From: Octopus bimaculoides
Lineage: Eukaryota
Assembly (NCBI RefSeq): GCF_001194135.2
Contig: NC_068983.1
Span: forward strand, 116,163,606 to 116,227,605
DNA length: 64,000 nt
Direction: 5' to 3'
Positions 1 to 12,184 of this stretch are shown in pieces. Below the pieces are notes generated by a model. It had not been told where the DNA came from. It did no database searches and saw nothing but the letters and a program-made list of their open reading frames with translations. The position numbers and the translations under genes are program-made. Every line of letters starts with the position of its first letter. Within the stretch, counting starts at the first letter, position 1.

Positions 1-450
1 ACACCCTTGTATTTCATTTTTATTTTCATCCCTACTTTTGTATAGTTTCTGTTCTTCAACTGATCAAGTAACTTGATGTCTGTGAACATTTCTGATTTCC
101 AAATGAAATGACTTTATCTAAGCAAGAGTAGGTTTGTGCATTGTAGTAATTCAAGGCAATGTAAATCATCTAGCTTTGATGATTGCAGTGTTAACATTTA
201 TTTCACTCAAACATAGTAATCTATTCACTAAGGCTGACAGAGAAGTGTCTTATATTTTTGTGTAATATCAGATGGGAGCCCCAATGTGAGAATAGCAATT
301 AAATCTTCCTCGAATTATAGTTACTGCCTAAAAAAGGAAGGACAAATGAGATAAGAAAAGACAAGATGATCATGCTGGAAAGCCATTGGTTATAGGTTGG
401 CTGGATCAGAAGTAACAAGGAGTTAAACAATGTATTTTATTAATCAATTA

Positions 451-666
451 AAGGCGGCGAGCAGACAGAAATCGTTAACTGCCAGGCAAAATGTTTAGCA
501 GCATTTCGTCTGTCTTTCCGTTCTGAGTTCAAATTCCGCAGGGGCCAACTTTGCCTTTTATCTTTTGGGAGTCAATAAAATAAGTAGTAGTTTAACACTG
601 GGGTCAATGTAATCGACTTAGCCGCTCCTCTGAAATTTGTTGTCTTGTGCTAAAATTTGAAACCAT
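451..666 (+). mobile_element. SINE family B (tRNA-like head plus GACTTTGCCTTTCATCCTTTCGGGGTCGATAAAATAAGTACCAG-type core)
   Basis: Same head, core and tail as the copies at 833, 18989 and 55395. Confidence 0.85.
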
Positions 667-832
667 TAATTAATGTATTGAGATTGCTCCTAGTATATAC
701 AGTTACAAATAAGGGTGAGTCTCATGACCCTTTGTTTGGGTCCTTAAACTGTTCAAAGCAACTGGCCGTATCACCACAGTATATTTTAGGAAAAGTTGAA
801 TTACAAGTTTGGTCAATATGATTTATAGGATT

Positions 833-1046
833 AAGGTGATGAGCTGGCATGGCAGAATCGTTAGCATGCTGGGCAAAATAGTTAGCGGCATTTCGTCCAT
901 CTTTACGTTCTGAGTTCAAATTTCGACGACGTTGACTTACATCCTTTCGGGGTTGATAAAATAAGCACCAGTTGACCACTTATATCGATGTAATCGACTA
1001 GCTACCACTCCCTAACTTTCTGGCCTCGTGCCGAAATTTGAAATCA
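833..1046 (+). mobile_element. SINE family B
   Basis: Second copy in the same orientation, ~165 bp downstream of the first. Confidence 0.85.
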
Positions 1047-2770
1047 ATATGACTGATAGGATTATATCAGTGTTTTAGAAATTGAAACGTAACATTTTCG
1101 CATTATTATCTGAAGTATATTCTGAATCAAACCATCCGAAGCTGGCTGAAAACAGCATTCCTCTTTGTCTATTGACAGTAAATTACTACACTTTGAATTT
1201 TACTACTACTTAACCTACAAATAATATTTTATCACAACCAACATAAATATTACCATAATCAATTTGTTTAAAATCTTGTCCTGGTGTTGATAGCAGCAGT
1301 TACTTAGAGAAACAAAGGCGACAGTCTTTAAAATATATTCTTCCATAACAAGAAGAAAAAAAAGTTGCAAAAGTAAAAAAAAAAAAAAAATGAGTGGCTT
1401 CAAATGAAGAGTTGCAGGGTTCGAATTGCTAAATAGACACCCAGAAATATATGAGCATGGTACATTCGGCTAAGAATGAATCCGAAGAAGAATTGCAAAG
1501 GATGATTCCCGTAGCCGAAGTTGTGTCCCTTTGTATTGTACTCTTCCAACAACTGAGGCAATGGAGCACCGCCATGTTGTGTGGAAGGTGCGACAGTTAA
1601 CAGACGAATTATATTTTCCCGGATATATTCTTTGTTGTGTATCGTTATTGATGGAATTTTCTAAGAAGCTGTAGACATAGGTAAGTAAATACAAATCGAA
1701 AAAAATTTTAAACGTCTGTTATTCCTATAAAGAGAAATTCACATCCGTATACCGGTAATCAGCTCGGTCGCTACCTTTTTTCTTTTCTCACTATACACGC
1801 CTTTCTCTGACTAAGGTCCTTGTCATTTGTTTTTTCCCCTTTTTTCTAGCAACCCCATCTTTTCGGTTTCTTTAATCTTTAACCAACGAAATTTATGATG
1901 GCGAAAAGGTAGATCGTTTTCTGTGTATTTCAGTAAAGAAAAAAGAAAAGAAAGAATGATATAAAAAGCTGCTCCAGTGAAATTAGAAACAAATCCTATG
2001 TAAACAAAACATGAAACATTTATTATTTTACGAAAAATTGACTGATTGAAAAGTTTGTTTATCTATGGATATGCACCATAATCGAAAGAAAATACACTTC
2101 TAACCGTATATTAATTCAGCATTTCATTTTTTAATTTTCAAAGCTTAATATATATGATCGAAGTATTTTGCTTTTGACTCAGCAGAAAAAAAAAATATTA
2201 AAATTTTTTTCTCTCGGTTCTTATGTGCTACTCTATGATTCTAGCTAATTCAACACGTACATTTCTGGTGTGATGAATGTTAATATATTACTAGTAAGAT
2301 ATTTTATCAATAATTCTGCTTTCCTTACTGCAGTTTCAAATTTTCATTTAGCAAATTTTACAATAGCGATCAGTCCTCTTGGTTTTATTATCCATCCCCA
2401 CTTTTTTCCCCTCGAGATGAAATACATCTGACATATTATTACTTCGGAAAGTTCTTATCTCTCTCTCTCTCTCTCTCTCACAAGGAACAGAGAGAGAGTG
2501 TGCACTTGTTACCTTTATGTACCCCGGAGGTGTTTTCACAACTTTTTACAAAATTTATTCACTATCTTTAATCTCACAACAATTTTACTTGAATGGTATG
2601 TGCCCCTTCCTAAAAAACAAAACAAAAACAAAACAACACACTGCGACAGCTACACAAAAGAACTCAGTGATGAAGCTGCAGATGTGAAGAATTTATGTTG
2701 GAAAAGTGTGAATACTTCACGTCAATGCAAGCGGAGTCTAGATTAAATAAAGTTTTATTTCTCGTGACAT

Positions 2771-2826
<56 letters not shown>

Positions 2827-2915
2827 NNNNNNNNNNNNNNNNNNNNNNNNNNNNNNNNNNNNNNNNNNNNNNNNNNNNNNNNNNNNNNNNNACACACATG
2901 CATGCATACACACAC
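2771..2915. repeat. Compound (TG)n(TA)n(CA)n microsatellite spanning an N gap
   Basis: Direct reading. Confidence 0.9.
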
Positions 2916-5682
2916 ACAAGGACAGAGATTCAAGCAAAAGTAAACAATGCAGGTAAAAATGTATTAAAATTCGAATATTATCTTTTCTTAGACGTTAGGA
3001 CAAAAGAAATAAGGATGAAATGAAATTGGAAATGGACCGAAGGTGACTAATATGTCGGAATGTGAGAGCGGTTGCAAGTGGAGAGGAGGTGCTACTATAT
3101 CTTGTATTCCTGGTGATCAGTAACTTTCAGACTACTAAATGGCAACAATCTGAGAGTGTGTATATATGCGTGGGCTGTTGACGGAGCAGAGACGAATGAA
3201 TCAGTCCAGTACTACTGTTTCACTTCTCTCTCTCACTTCTGGAAATGATGCAAACTAGATTGACTGCCAGCTTCAACAATTTTTGTCATATCATATGCTG
3301 CTATATAACAAATGCACTTCTTTTTATTTTCATCCTATAAATTGGGAGTAAGGAGACAGAAATATGAGGAAGCAACCGGCATGTATACCACGCAACCACA
3401 AGCATACGAGTTTATTTAGATTTTTAAATGCATGCAATTGACATTTGACGTTTATACATTTAATCGCACGAGTCACTGTAGCCTAGATAGGGTTTTAGAT
3501 GTTAAATTTATTTATTTATTTATGCAAAGATTAAAATTAAGGACAGACTATGATTCATATTTTTTTCCATTTAACTTCGATCTTAAAAGAACTCTTTGCG
3601 TCTTCGTAGGGGAGGGGGTGATTCCCCCCCCCCTGGTGATAAATTCTCCTGGATTCTATTAAATGCTATTAATTGCTTGCATTTTGTACATCGAATAAAT
3701 AATATCTAGCTTCTGTATTGATTTCACATGCGATTATTACCCTAAAAAATATGCCCAAACTTACTTGGAAACTTAAAGTAAGTTTTACATATCTACGAGA
3801 ATACAAATAATATTAGACTTTATTATGTGCAAGAAAAAATAAATGAAATGAAAAATTTCCATCGTCTGTTGGTTTGTTTAGTCCCATGGTAGCTCAGGGT
3901 AAGCACACTTATGATCATAGACATTCCACGCATGACTATTCTGTCCAACGCACGGCTATAGTATATCCTAGGACTACATTATTCAATGTGTCCTTTTTTA
4001 AATATGGTAGGATGGGAATTACAGGCGATTTTGGTTATCTCCTTAAGAATAAGAAAGTATATAGTTAATTTTTTCGTTTGTAATTTCTCTCCTTAGATTT
4101 ATATTTTATTGATATATATCTCAAATTTTTGTACAAGTTATTGGTACTTCTGAGACAACATTTGTAGATGATTGATAATTCCATGCTAAAAAACAGAAAA
4201 GAAAGAAAGAAAAAAAAACGGAGCTCAGCGATTCTTTATTTTATTTATGATTCATAAAGAAGAAAATGTCAGCTTCCATGACGCCATCGGCTAGTGATTC
4301 CTTTGTATGAAATTTGAGATTGTGACTAATTCAATTTATCAGAGTCAAATATGTATTGATGAGAGAATAAGAATTAATAACGCTTAAACAAAGAGCTCAC
4401 CCATTTTGTAGTAAAGAAAAAAAAAGAAAAAACTGGGATCAATTTCAATTTGATGATAATATTGCATAAAGATTAGCATTAGCTGAGAAATTAGAATTCC
4501 AAACTTGTAGCATATAGGTTGCATGTTCAAACTTTTTTGCACTCCTTGTATTATATATATATATAAGTATTAAAATATAACATGGCTTATGTAAAGAACA
4601 TGTGATCACTGCAATGTACATAACCAAAGCACTGCAGCATGGTTCATTAATGCATCTTTTGAGGAATCAGTAAAAAATTAAGTTATTTTTCTCAACATTA
4701 TTTTTGAAGTTACTCATCATCAAATGCAAGCGTACACATGTAAGCACAAGTGTATATAATATTTAAGGTCCACATTTACTTTGTAGTTGCATTAAGTTAA
4801 ATAAAGATACTAATATGTAGTTATAAAGTCAGCATGGGTAAAGAACAAATGTGTGAATGACTGTTATTGAACAGTAATGTATTGGTTATCTGAGTTATTG
4901 ATTTTTCAACTTGAGAAGAATTTCTCTTCCCTGACACTGTTAGTCATGGTTCCTGTTGAGTCAGAATGATTAACTGAACAATATCAACCTATCCAAAAGC
5001 ACATATATATAATATATATATATATATGCAATATTATCCTTCTAAAACAATTTTGCAGACATGTGAGTTTTCCTAAGATCTTATCTTTAGAACAATATGA
5101 TTTCTTACATAGGCACAAGGGTTCAGATATGTTAGAAGGGGAAATAGGAAATTATGATGATCATACTTCTCCTTAGAGCCTTAGTAATGTGTATGAAATA
5201 GCTACAACCAGAGTGAAAACTGGGTCACAGTAGTTTGCTGGGAAGCAAGTTAAATTGAGAAAAGGAGCTGCTTCATAGGAAAACCAATGAGGGAACCACT
5301 GCACAACCTGCTAGAAATAGTAGTTACATTGAACAGTGTAGTTCCTGATATATAAAAAAGACATTTTCATATCTTGAATATCCTTTAGTCATAAGTTTAC
5401 TCAATCAAGGCTAGCAACAATGGATATTACAATATTAAAGTCTCTTGGCACTATTAGTGATGACTAATCACATGACACTACACTTGAAGTAAGGACCTTA
5501 ACGAGTGGTTAAAATCATCTGAATTACTAAACCTATATAGCTAACCTAGTTCAGAAAACGGGGAAATAAAACAGAATCTACTGTACTCCATTGCAGCCAA
5601 TTGTTGATAAAATAGACGAAAAATATCTTAGCTATAACTCTCCACCTCATACAGTTACACATTGCAAAGAAATATTCGCAGC

Positions 5683-5844
5683 AGGCGTAGGAGTGGCTGT
5701 GTGGTAAGTAGCTTGCTTACCAACAACATGGTTCCAGGTTCAGTCCCACTGCATGGCACCTTGGGCAAGTGTCTTCTACTATAGCCTCGGGCCGACCAAA
5801 GCCTTGTGAGTGGATTTGGTAGATGGAAACTGAAAGAAGCCCGT

Positions 5845-5883
<39 letters not shown>

Positions 5884-6082
5884 GCGTGTGTATGTTTGTC
5901 CCCCCAACATCACTTGACAACCGATGCTGGTGTGTTTAGGTCCCCATAACTTAGCAGTTCGGCAAAAGAGACTGATAGAATAAGTACTAGGCTTACAAAG
6001 AATAAGTCCTGGGGTTGATTTGCTCAACTAAAGGCGGTGCTCCAGCATGGCCACAGTCAAATGACTGAAACAAGTAAAAGAG
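5683..6082 (+). mobile_element. SINE family A (tRNA-derived head, internal (TA)n/(TG)n)
   Basis: AGGCGTAGGAGTGGCTGTGTGGTAAG head, GGTTCAGTCCC B-box-like motif, internal microsatellite and GACTGAAACAAGTAAAAGAG tail; near-identical to the copies at 15877, 18052 and 27255. Confidence 0.9.
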
Positions 6083-6498
6083 CAATGTCTTATAACAGAC
6101 TTACTGAAAAATTGAAAACAATATTAATGCTTGATTAAACTTCCTTTATCCTAACATAATTATTTCTAGTTAGCATATTAAATACAAGGTAACTTAAATA
6201 GTTAACACTGAATTCACTATTGTTTTTCATGGAGATCATACATTCTCTAAACAGTTCCACTTTGCTACACCAACAAACTTACAAACTTGGTACTTCCAGT
6301 AGTTAGTGTATTGGGTTTGTGATTGCAAGCCTAGAGAGTGTCTATGTCTATGACTACATAGGTACCTAAGATAATTAGGGAAAGCTTGGTACATGCTACC
6401 AAATCAAACTTGTGAGTGAGCTATCTTATATATGTATATGCTTCCAGTCAATAATCCTTTTCTTCCTTGGCTATCGCCGAGCAAACACGCGAACTTAC

Positions 6499-6621
6499 TT
6501 CGTCCCCACTTTCAAGTTCGTGCCTCACAGCGTTCATACACATAATTTTTCCCGTCTGGCCGTATAGCCTTTTCTGTTTGTTTTCCTGTCTTGTTTTTTG
6601 TCCGCCACTACATTCCTCCAT
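6499..6621 (-). CDS. Candidate coding exon of an unidentified minus-strand gene (MEECSGGQKTRQENKQKRLYGQTGKIMCMNAVRHELESGDE)
   Basis: The ATG is in a GCCATGG context with an upstream in-frame TAA. There are 41 open codons ending exactly at GACGAA|GTAAGT (phase 0), inside an isolated CpG-rich island. No family recognised. Confidence 0.3.
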
Positions 6622-7017
6622 GGCAAGGTTTAATTTGTGTATACAAATTTAATTTGCGGTCCATGGGAAGAGCCGTTTTAGCGATGCGTCCTGCCCAGCT
6701 CTTCGAAACGCCGGTGTTAAAACAGGGGTAGCTGATGAAGAAGAATGTTCTCTATGTGGCTTGTGTGTTTTCTCGTCTACGTTTTGTTTGCAATGTCCTG
6801 TACCCGGATATGCACCTATACATACAGGTGGATGTCGGTATGCACATACCTGTACGTATATATACATATACTCATTTACTATTTGTTTATATATATATAT
6901 ATATATATATATGAAACCAAGACTCAAACAGTTGATTAACTTAAACTTACTGCCATTCCTTTCACGAATGTTTCACCAATTATCTCTCTGTCATTCTCCC
7001 TCACTTTATATAACACA

Positions 7018-7230
7018 ATCATCAACATTTAACATCTGTTTTCCATGTTGGTATGGGCTGGACAGTTTGACAGGTACTGGCAAGGCGAGGGGCTGTACCA
7101 GGCTCCATAGACTGTTTTGGTTTGGTATCTACAGCTGGATACCCCTTCCTAACACCAACCACTTTACAGTGTACTGGGTACTTTTTATGTGACACCATCA
7201 CCGATGCTTTTTATGTGATACCTTGGTTTT
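7018..7230 (-). mobile_element. RTE-type retroelement 3' tail (family C)
   Basis: CATCATCA..TTTAACATCTGTTTTCCATG..GGATACCCCTTCCTAACACCAACCAC motif shared with 16463-16726, 17248 and 21925. Confidence 0.75.
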
Positions 7231-9289
7231 AAGGTCTCGATTCTATTGTGTTGGGCTATCTTCTTGAGTACAGTGTAGATGAATATTCTATAACCAATAT
7301 ATTGAACAGTAACCATCAAAGATCTCCTCTTTAAAAACTGCATTTAAATCATTATTTCTCAGTATTTCTAAAACAAAATATGGCTGTTCAATGAACATGT
7401 ATGTCTTGCTGCAGTTTGGGTTTTACAAATTGATTTTAGTAAATTTATAATGAATTTGTTAGTGAATAATGCTTATTATTGATTTTAGAATCTTTATGTT
7501 AAGATATGATTTTTATGATTTATTCAGAGAAGGAACACAGATTAGTGACCTGCTCTAAATGTTTCTAACAGTTTTGATTGCTAAAAGGCAGCCAATACCT
7601 AACCTAATGGTAGATTAAATCTAACAATATATGTACCTTAGGCCTAATGAAGTACAAAATTTTTGTCATAATTGGAATCTCAACTTGAATAAGAACAGTG
7701 GAAAAAGAAGATATACAAGATGAAAAAGCAAACACAAGATGGAATTCTATGACTATGAACAACTAAGATAGGGCACAAGCCTTATTTTAGCTGTCCCTAT
7801 TATTTTTTTAATGTATATCCTATCCATCTATATTTCCATTCAGTACATAAAATCATCTCTATTTTGTTAAAAGCCTTAAACAATATAATAAAATATAAAC
7901 AAGATAAAGAAAACCAATAATTCTAAGAAACTAAAATCGGGTCACACCTCTGACACTGGAGAATTAAGTAATTTTGCTACGCCGCTGTGGTTGTGGGACT
8001 ATTGTCTAGAATGCCAGGGATTCAAATCATGGTATAACACATGCACCGTTCTGTCTCTCTGAGAAATACTGTTTCAGGGTGGTGTTTCTTTTATGTAACA
8101 ATCACTAGCATTTTGATGTATGTTTCAATTGATGAGGTCATTAGACCAAAACATGTCTCCCCTACTTGGCAAGGGGGGAGGGGGAAGTCACTAATATTTT
8201 TTTCCCTCACCACTATAATAATTTTTTCTTTACTTTTTGAGCTTGGAGGAAGGGTCAGTGACCATGATCTTCACTGGTCCTTCTGTGGCTGGTGACATTG
8301 ATGATACTAATGTTCTTAAACTGTTGTAAATTGACTTCTGTGTGTATGACATAAGCAGGGAGAAAATTCTAGGAGTCAGCATAGGAGGAAGGGGAATGTT
8401 TTAGTTAGTTTTTTAATGGTTCCTGCATTAAATGTATTAATTCTAATGTAAGTGATGTTTAGTATATGCCGGATGCATATAGCATTCCCACAGACATTTT
8501 ATGTGGTTAATGTTACTTTAAGTGCAGTTTTTTTTTTAAAAAGGAAATCCTTTGATGGGTATTGCTAAATATATTAGTTTTAAAATATTCATTTACATTG
8601 TGATATATGTTTAGTGAAGTGAGTTGTGAGAGAGGAGGGCTCTGAGAGAGAGAGAGAGAGAGAGAGGATGGGTGAAACAGTGGTGAAAGGGTTGGTGGTA
8701 AGTTTGCGTGAATTGAGTTATGCAAAAACTGCTAAGAGTCCTATAATCCAACAAAACTGCTAAAATCAGATAACAAGCTACATTTAAAAGAAAAATTCTC
8801 AGAAAAGCATATTAAATAAAAGAGCTATTTTTATTTTTACAATTTTACTTCATACAATTAACATTCAACAAAGTACAAGCTTTAACATGAAAGTTTATTG
8901 ATTTACTCTGTAAAATAGTCAGCTATCATTGTTCTTATGTGAGATGATTTAAATGAAGAGAATTTATTTATTTCTAGAGTGTGTGGTCTTGGCTTGCTTT
9001 CAACTAGTAGCAACTAGTTGAAACTAGTAGTCATTGAATGTTACTTAAATTGCAGTGTGCTTAAAAAAGTGTAAAAAAAAAAAAAATTAAGTACAATCAA
9101 GATCAGCAGTGAAATAAAGTCATAGATGAGGTTTTATTGGTTAAACTGGTTTAATTGGTTTGAATTTATGCAAAAAGCTTAGTTTCGAAATGTTTATCAT
9201 GTCTCAGTTGTTTTGAGCTCTGGAAAAGCAGTTTTCTTAACATCTTGTATGGCTTTAGCTGGGCTAAAGGAACTGTACCCAAGATATAT

Positions 9290-9620
9290 GCAAGTTTTCC
9301 AATACTGGTGTGATTGATACAGTCAAAACTTGTAGAGAAAATGTGGGTGAGAAGGGAGTTCTAGAGGGTTGACGGCAAGAAAGGTTTGGGAAAAGTGTTG
9401 GTCTTAGAAGGAGAGAGACAGGTGAGTATGGGTTGAGCTGGTATGCAACTAGCTAACTCTATATTGCAGTGTACATTGTATTGTCAGTAGTAAAGGCAGT
9501 GTGAGTCCTTGGCAATCAGCTGGATTGATGTTTTTTTTAGATGCAGTGTTGTCCCAGATGTAGATGAGGCATTTTATTATGAGTCTCAGTTGAGCATAGT
9601 AAAGAAAGTCAGCAACTATT
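9290..9620 (-). mobile_element. Degraded CR1/Jockey-type LINE, RT C-terminal/3' fragment
   Basis: Minus-strand translation gives FLYYAQLRLIIKCLIYIW and KPFLPSTL*NSL, resembling the LYKAQIRPxMEYCSHIW and FLPRTxxLWNSLP motifs. Confidence 0.5.
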
Positions 9621-11156
9621 GGAGTGAATTGGTTTGGACAGAAATATGCAAGACATAACCTTCATTAATTAAGAAATGCTATGTTTTTAAGTAATGTACA
9701 ATTTAGTCATGCAGCAGAACAAAACTGGTTCTGTTTAGAATTAATTCTTAAATATTTGTTAAGTATGATTCACTTGGATGATTTTAGATAATTTTAGTTA
9801 GAGACCCAAGCAAACCCAAAAAAGGAGTTTAGAGACCCAAGCAATCCAAAAAAGGAATTTATAGATAATTCCATTATCTATAAATGGAATTTATGCGTGA
9901 TGAAGCAACTGCACTGTTTATTGTGCTGTAAGTGTAGTTTATATATCTAGTGAGTTATATATAAACCCCTGCTGTTTGTACTGGCTTTGAATACTTTTAT
10001 ATAGTAACTTGAGATAACAAGCATACATAGAAGAACTTAGATTTAAATCTTTTGGGGTGGGCCTACCTCATTTTATAATTACTGTCCCCTTTTGTGTATT
10101 TCTAAAATGAGAACACACACAAAACTCAGATGTCTGTAAAAGGAATTAAGCACATATGCATGCACACTATCTTTCAGTAATTTGATTGTAATAATTGAAC
10201 TTGTTCCACTAATATTGCATTGTTTAAAATATTTCTATAACTATATCTATCTTGTTAGCTTTGAAACTGTGGAGATATATATATATATATATAAAGAAAA
10301 GGAAAATAGGTCAGCTTTTATCTCCGCTATTTTCTCTGCTGTGGGATGCAGTTATCACAGTGAGATAGCCCTTAGTTATTATTTTTTTGCTTCTTTCTTT
10401 TAAAGAATAATAATGGAAATTAAATATATTTGGTTAAATAACCTTAGAGCAGTTGTATTTGAATTATAGCCACATTTAAGAAAAAAAGATATTGATAACA
10501 GTACCATTTTTGTGATAGTCTACTTTTTACTGTAACATTATTGATCTTTGTTTCAAATGGAAATAAATTGAAACATCAGTTATATGACAAACATTGACTT
10601 AAACTTCTGGCAGATGAAGTCTGACAATTTTATTTTGATTATATGTATCAAATGAGAAATATTTAACAGCCACAAAGTCACAGATTTCCATTATTATAAA
10701 AACATGACAAAAAAGAAAAGGAAGAAAAATGTCAAATTTAGTTCTATATTTTAATACTTAAGAGCATTGACTCATAATTTGTAAAATGAAGTAGTTTAAA
10801 AAACTACTTTTTATTTTCTGAAAAAGTGGCCTTGCATAATTGAGAATGAGTCCATAAAATTTTTTAAAAAGTTCATTTACACAGTGAGGGGTCTTAAAAT
10901 AGTTCATTTTCTTTTAAAAAATCATTGCCTGACTAAGGCATTGCTCATCTTAGCCCGTAAAATCTTTCAGCTGATACCAGAACAGTGAAGTAGTGAGTAA
11001 TTTTAAAATGTAGTTCACTTTTGAAAGCAGCTTGCCAAAGATCACCTCTGGTTCATTGATGCAAAAGCATCTGTTTTCAAGTTTTTATTTTAAGACTGAA
11101 CTTTCTTTCACAATTTTATACAAGAAATTTTTGTTATATTATAAATGCCAACTTAA

Positions 11157-11373
11157 CTCTTTAGCATTTAGATTTCTCTGTCAAATGTAATGCTTATTTA
11201 TTCACACTGTTTTGAATTAATCCTGCATTACCTTGTAGCTTTGAGATGTCAATGATGTAATTGTTTATTTTTAGAATAATATTGTAGGGTAAGTGTGAGA
11301 AACCAGATCTGACTAGTTTGAAAATGAAACAAATTATTTTGGCTGGATTATTGCTGGTTTAAATGCTATAGGG
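11157..11373. mobile_element. TTAA-flanked (piggyBac-like) MITE
   Basis: TTAA at 11153-11156 and 11374-11377; termini CTCTTTAGCATTT...AAATGCTATAGGG; related to 20660 and 41479. Confidence 0.75.
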
Positions 11374-12184
11374 TTAATATAGAAATTAATGTAAAAATTA
11401 TTTTACTAGATACAATGAAATTCTTGATTACTTTTAAAATTGATAGAAACCTATAAAAAAGCTGTGTATTTGATTAGAAATATTATCACGAGACTGTTAA
11501 GCATTTTTAAAAGTTCATAAGAATGTCTTGCACAGTAGCTATTGTTAAAATATCTTTGCCTTCGCAAGTAAACATATTTTGATTAAAATTACAATGTACT
11601 ATCATGGAAATCATTAGTCTCTTGAAAAGTATACAAAAAACTGAAATTCATTAAAAAAATTTAAGAATAAAATCTTTAAAAAAAATCAATATCTATCTAT
11701 ATCTAACAGTAAAATATTATTAGGCATAGTATCAAATACAATGAACTGGTTTCAATTTTCAGTTGATACTACTTTGAAAGTTCTTTGGAAAGGTACAGAT
11801 GTTACATCATCCTATCCCCCCTCCCCTCTTGAAAAAAATTCATGCCTGTGCAAGAAATTCTTCCTTGGTGATGATTTTATGATTGGTAAAGAGCCAACAG
11901 TGTGGTTTATGATATCCAGAATTAGGTGTATCAATGTTGACTTTTTTATACTCTCTTTTGTTTACAATATCTGGCCTCATGCCTAATGAAAAGAAATTAT
12001 TGTCACTTCATATGTTTACTGACATATATCTTATAGATAGATCTATGTTTACTGGCATATATTTTATTCATAGATATTTGTGTATGACTCCACAGCAGCC
12101 TAGTTGAATTAATGGACAATTTGATGAATTTTTGTGTTCAAATCTAGATCGACTTGACTTAAATATTTGTCTTTTGCTTGAAGC

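Noticed and set aside
1476-1505. MNPKKN as an alphaPix-like CH-domain start (MNPEEQ)
   Set aside because: It stops after 9 codons and no CH-domain motif follows.
3882-3898. Micro-exon TTTAG|TCCCATGGTAGCTCAGG|GTAAGC with ATG
   Set aside because: The donor is good, but the acceptor tract is weak and there is no linked downstream exon; too little evidence to call.
5683-5760. tRNA-like heads of SINE A and SINE B as tRNA genes
   Set aside because: There is no complete cloverleaf, and each continues into a repeated SINE body.
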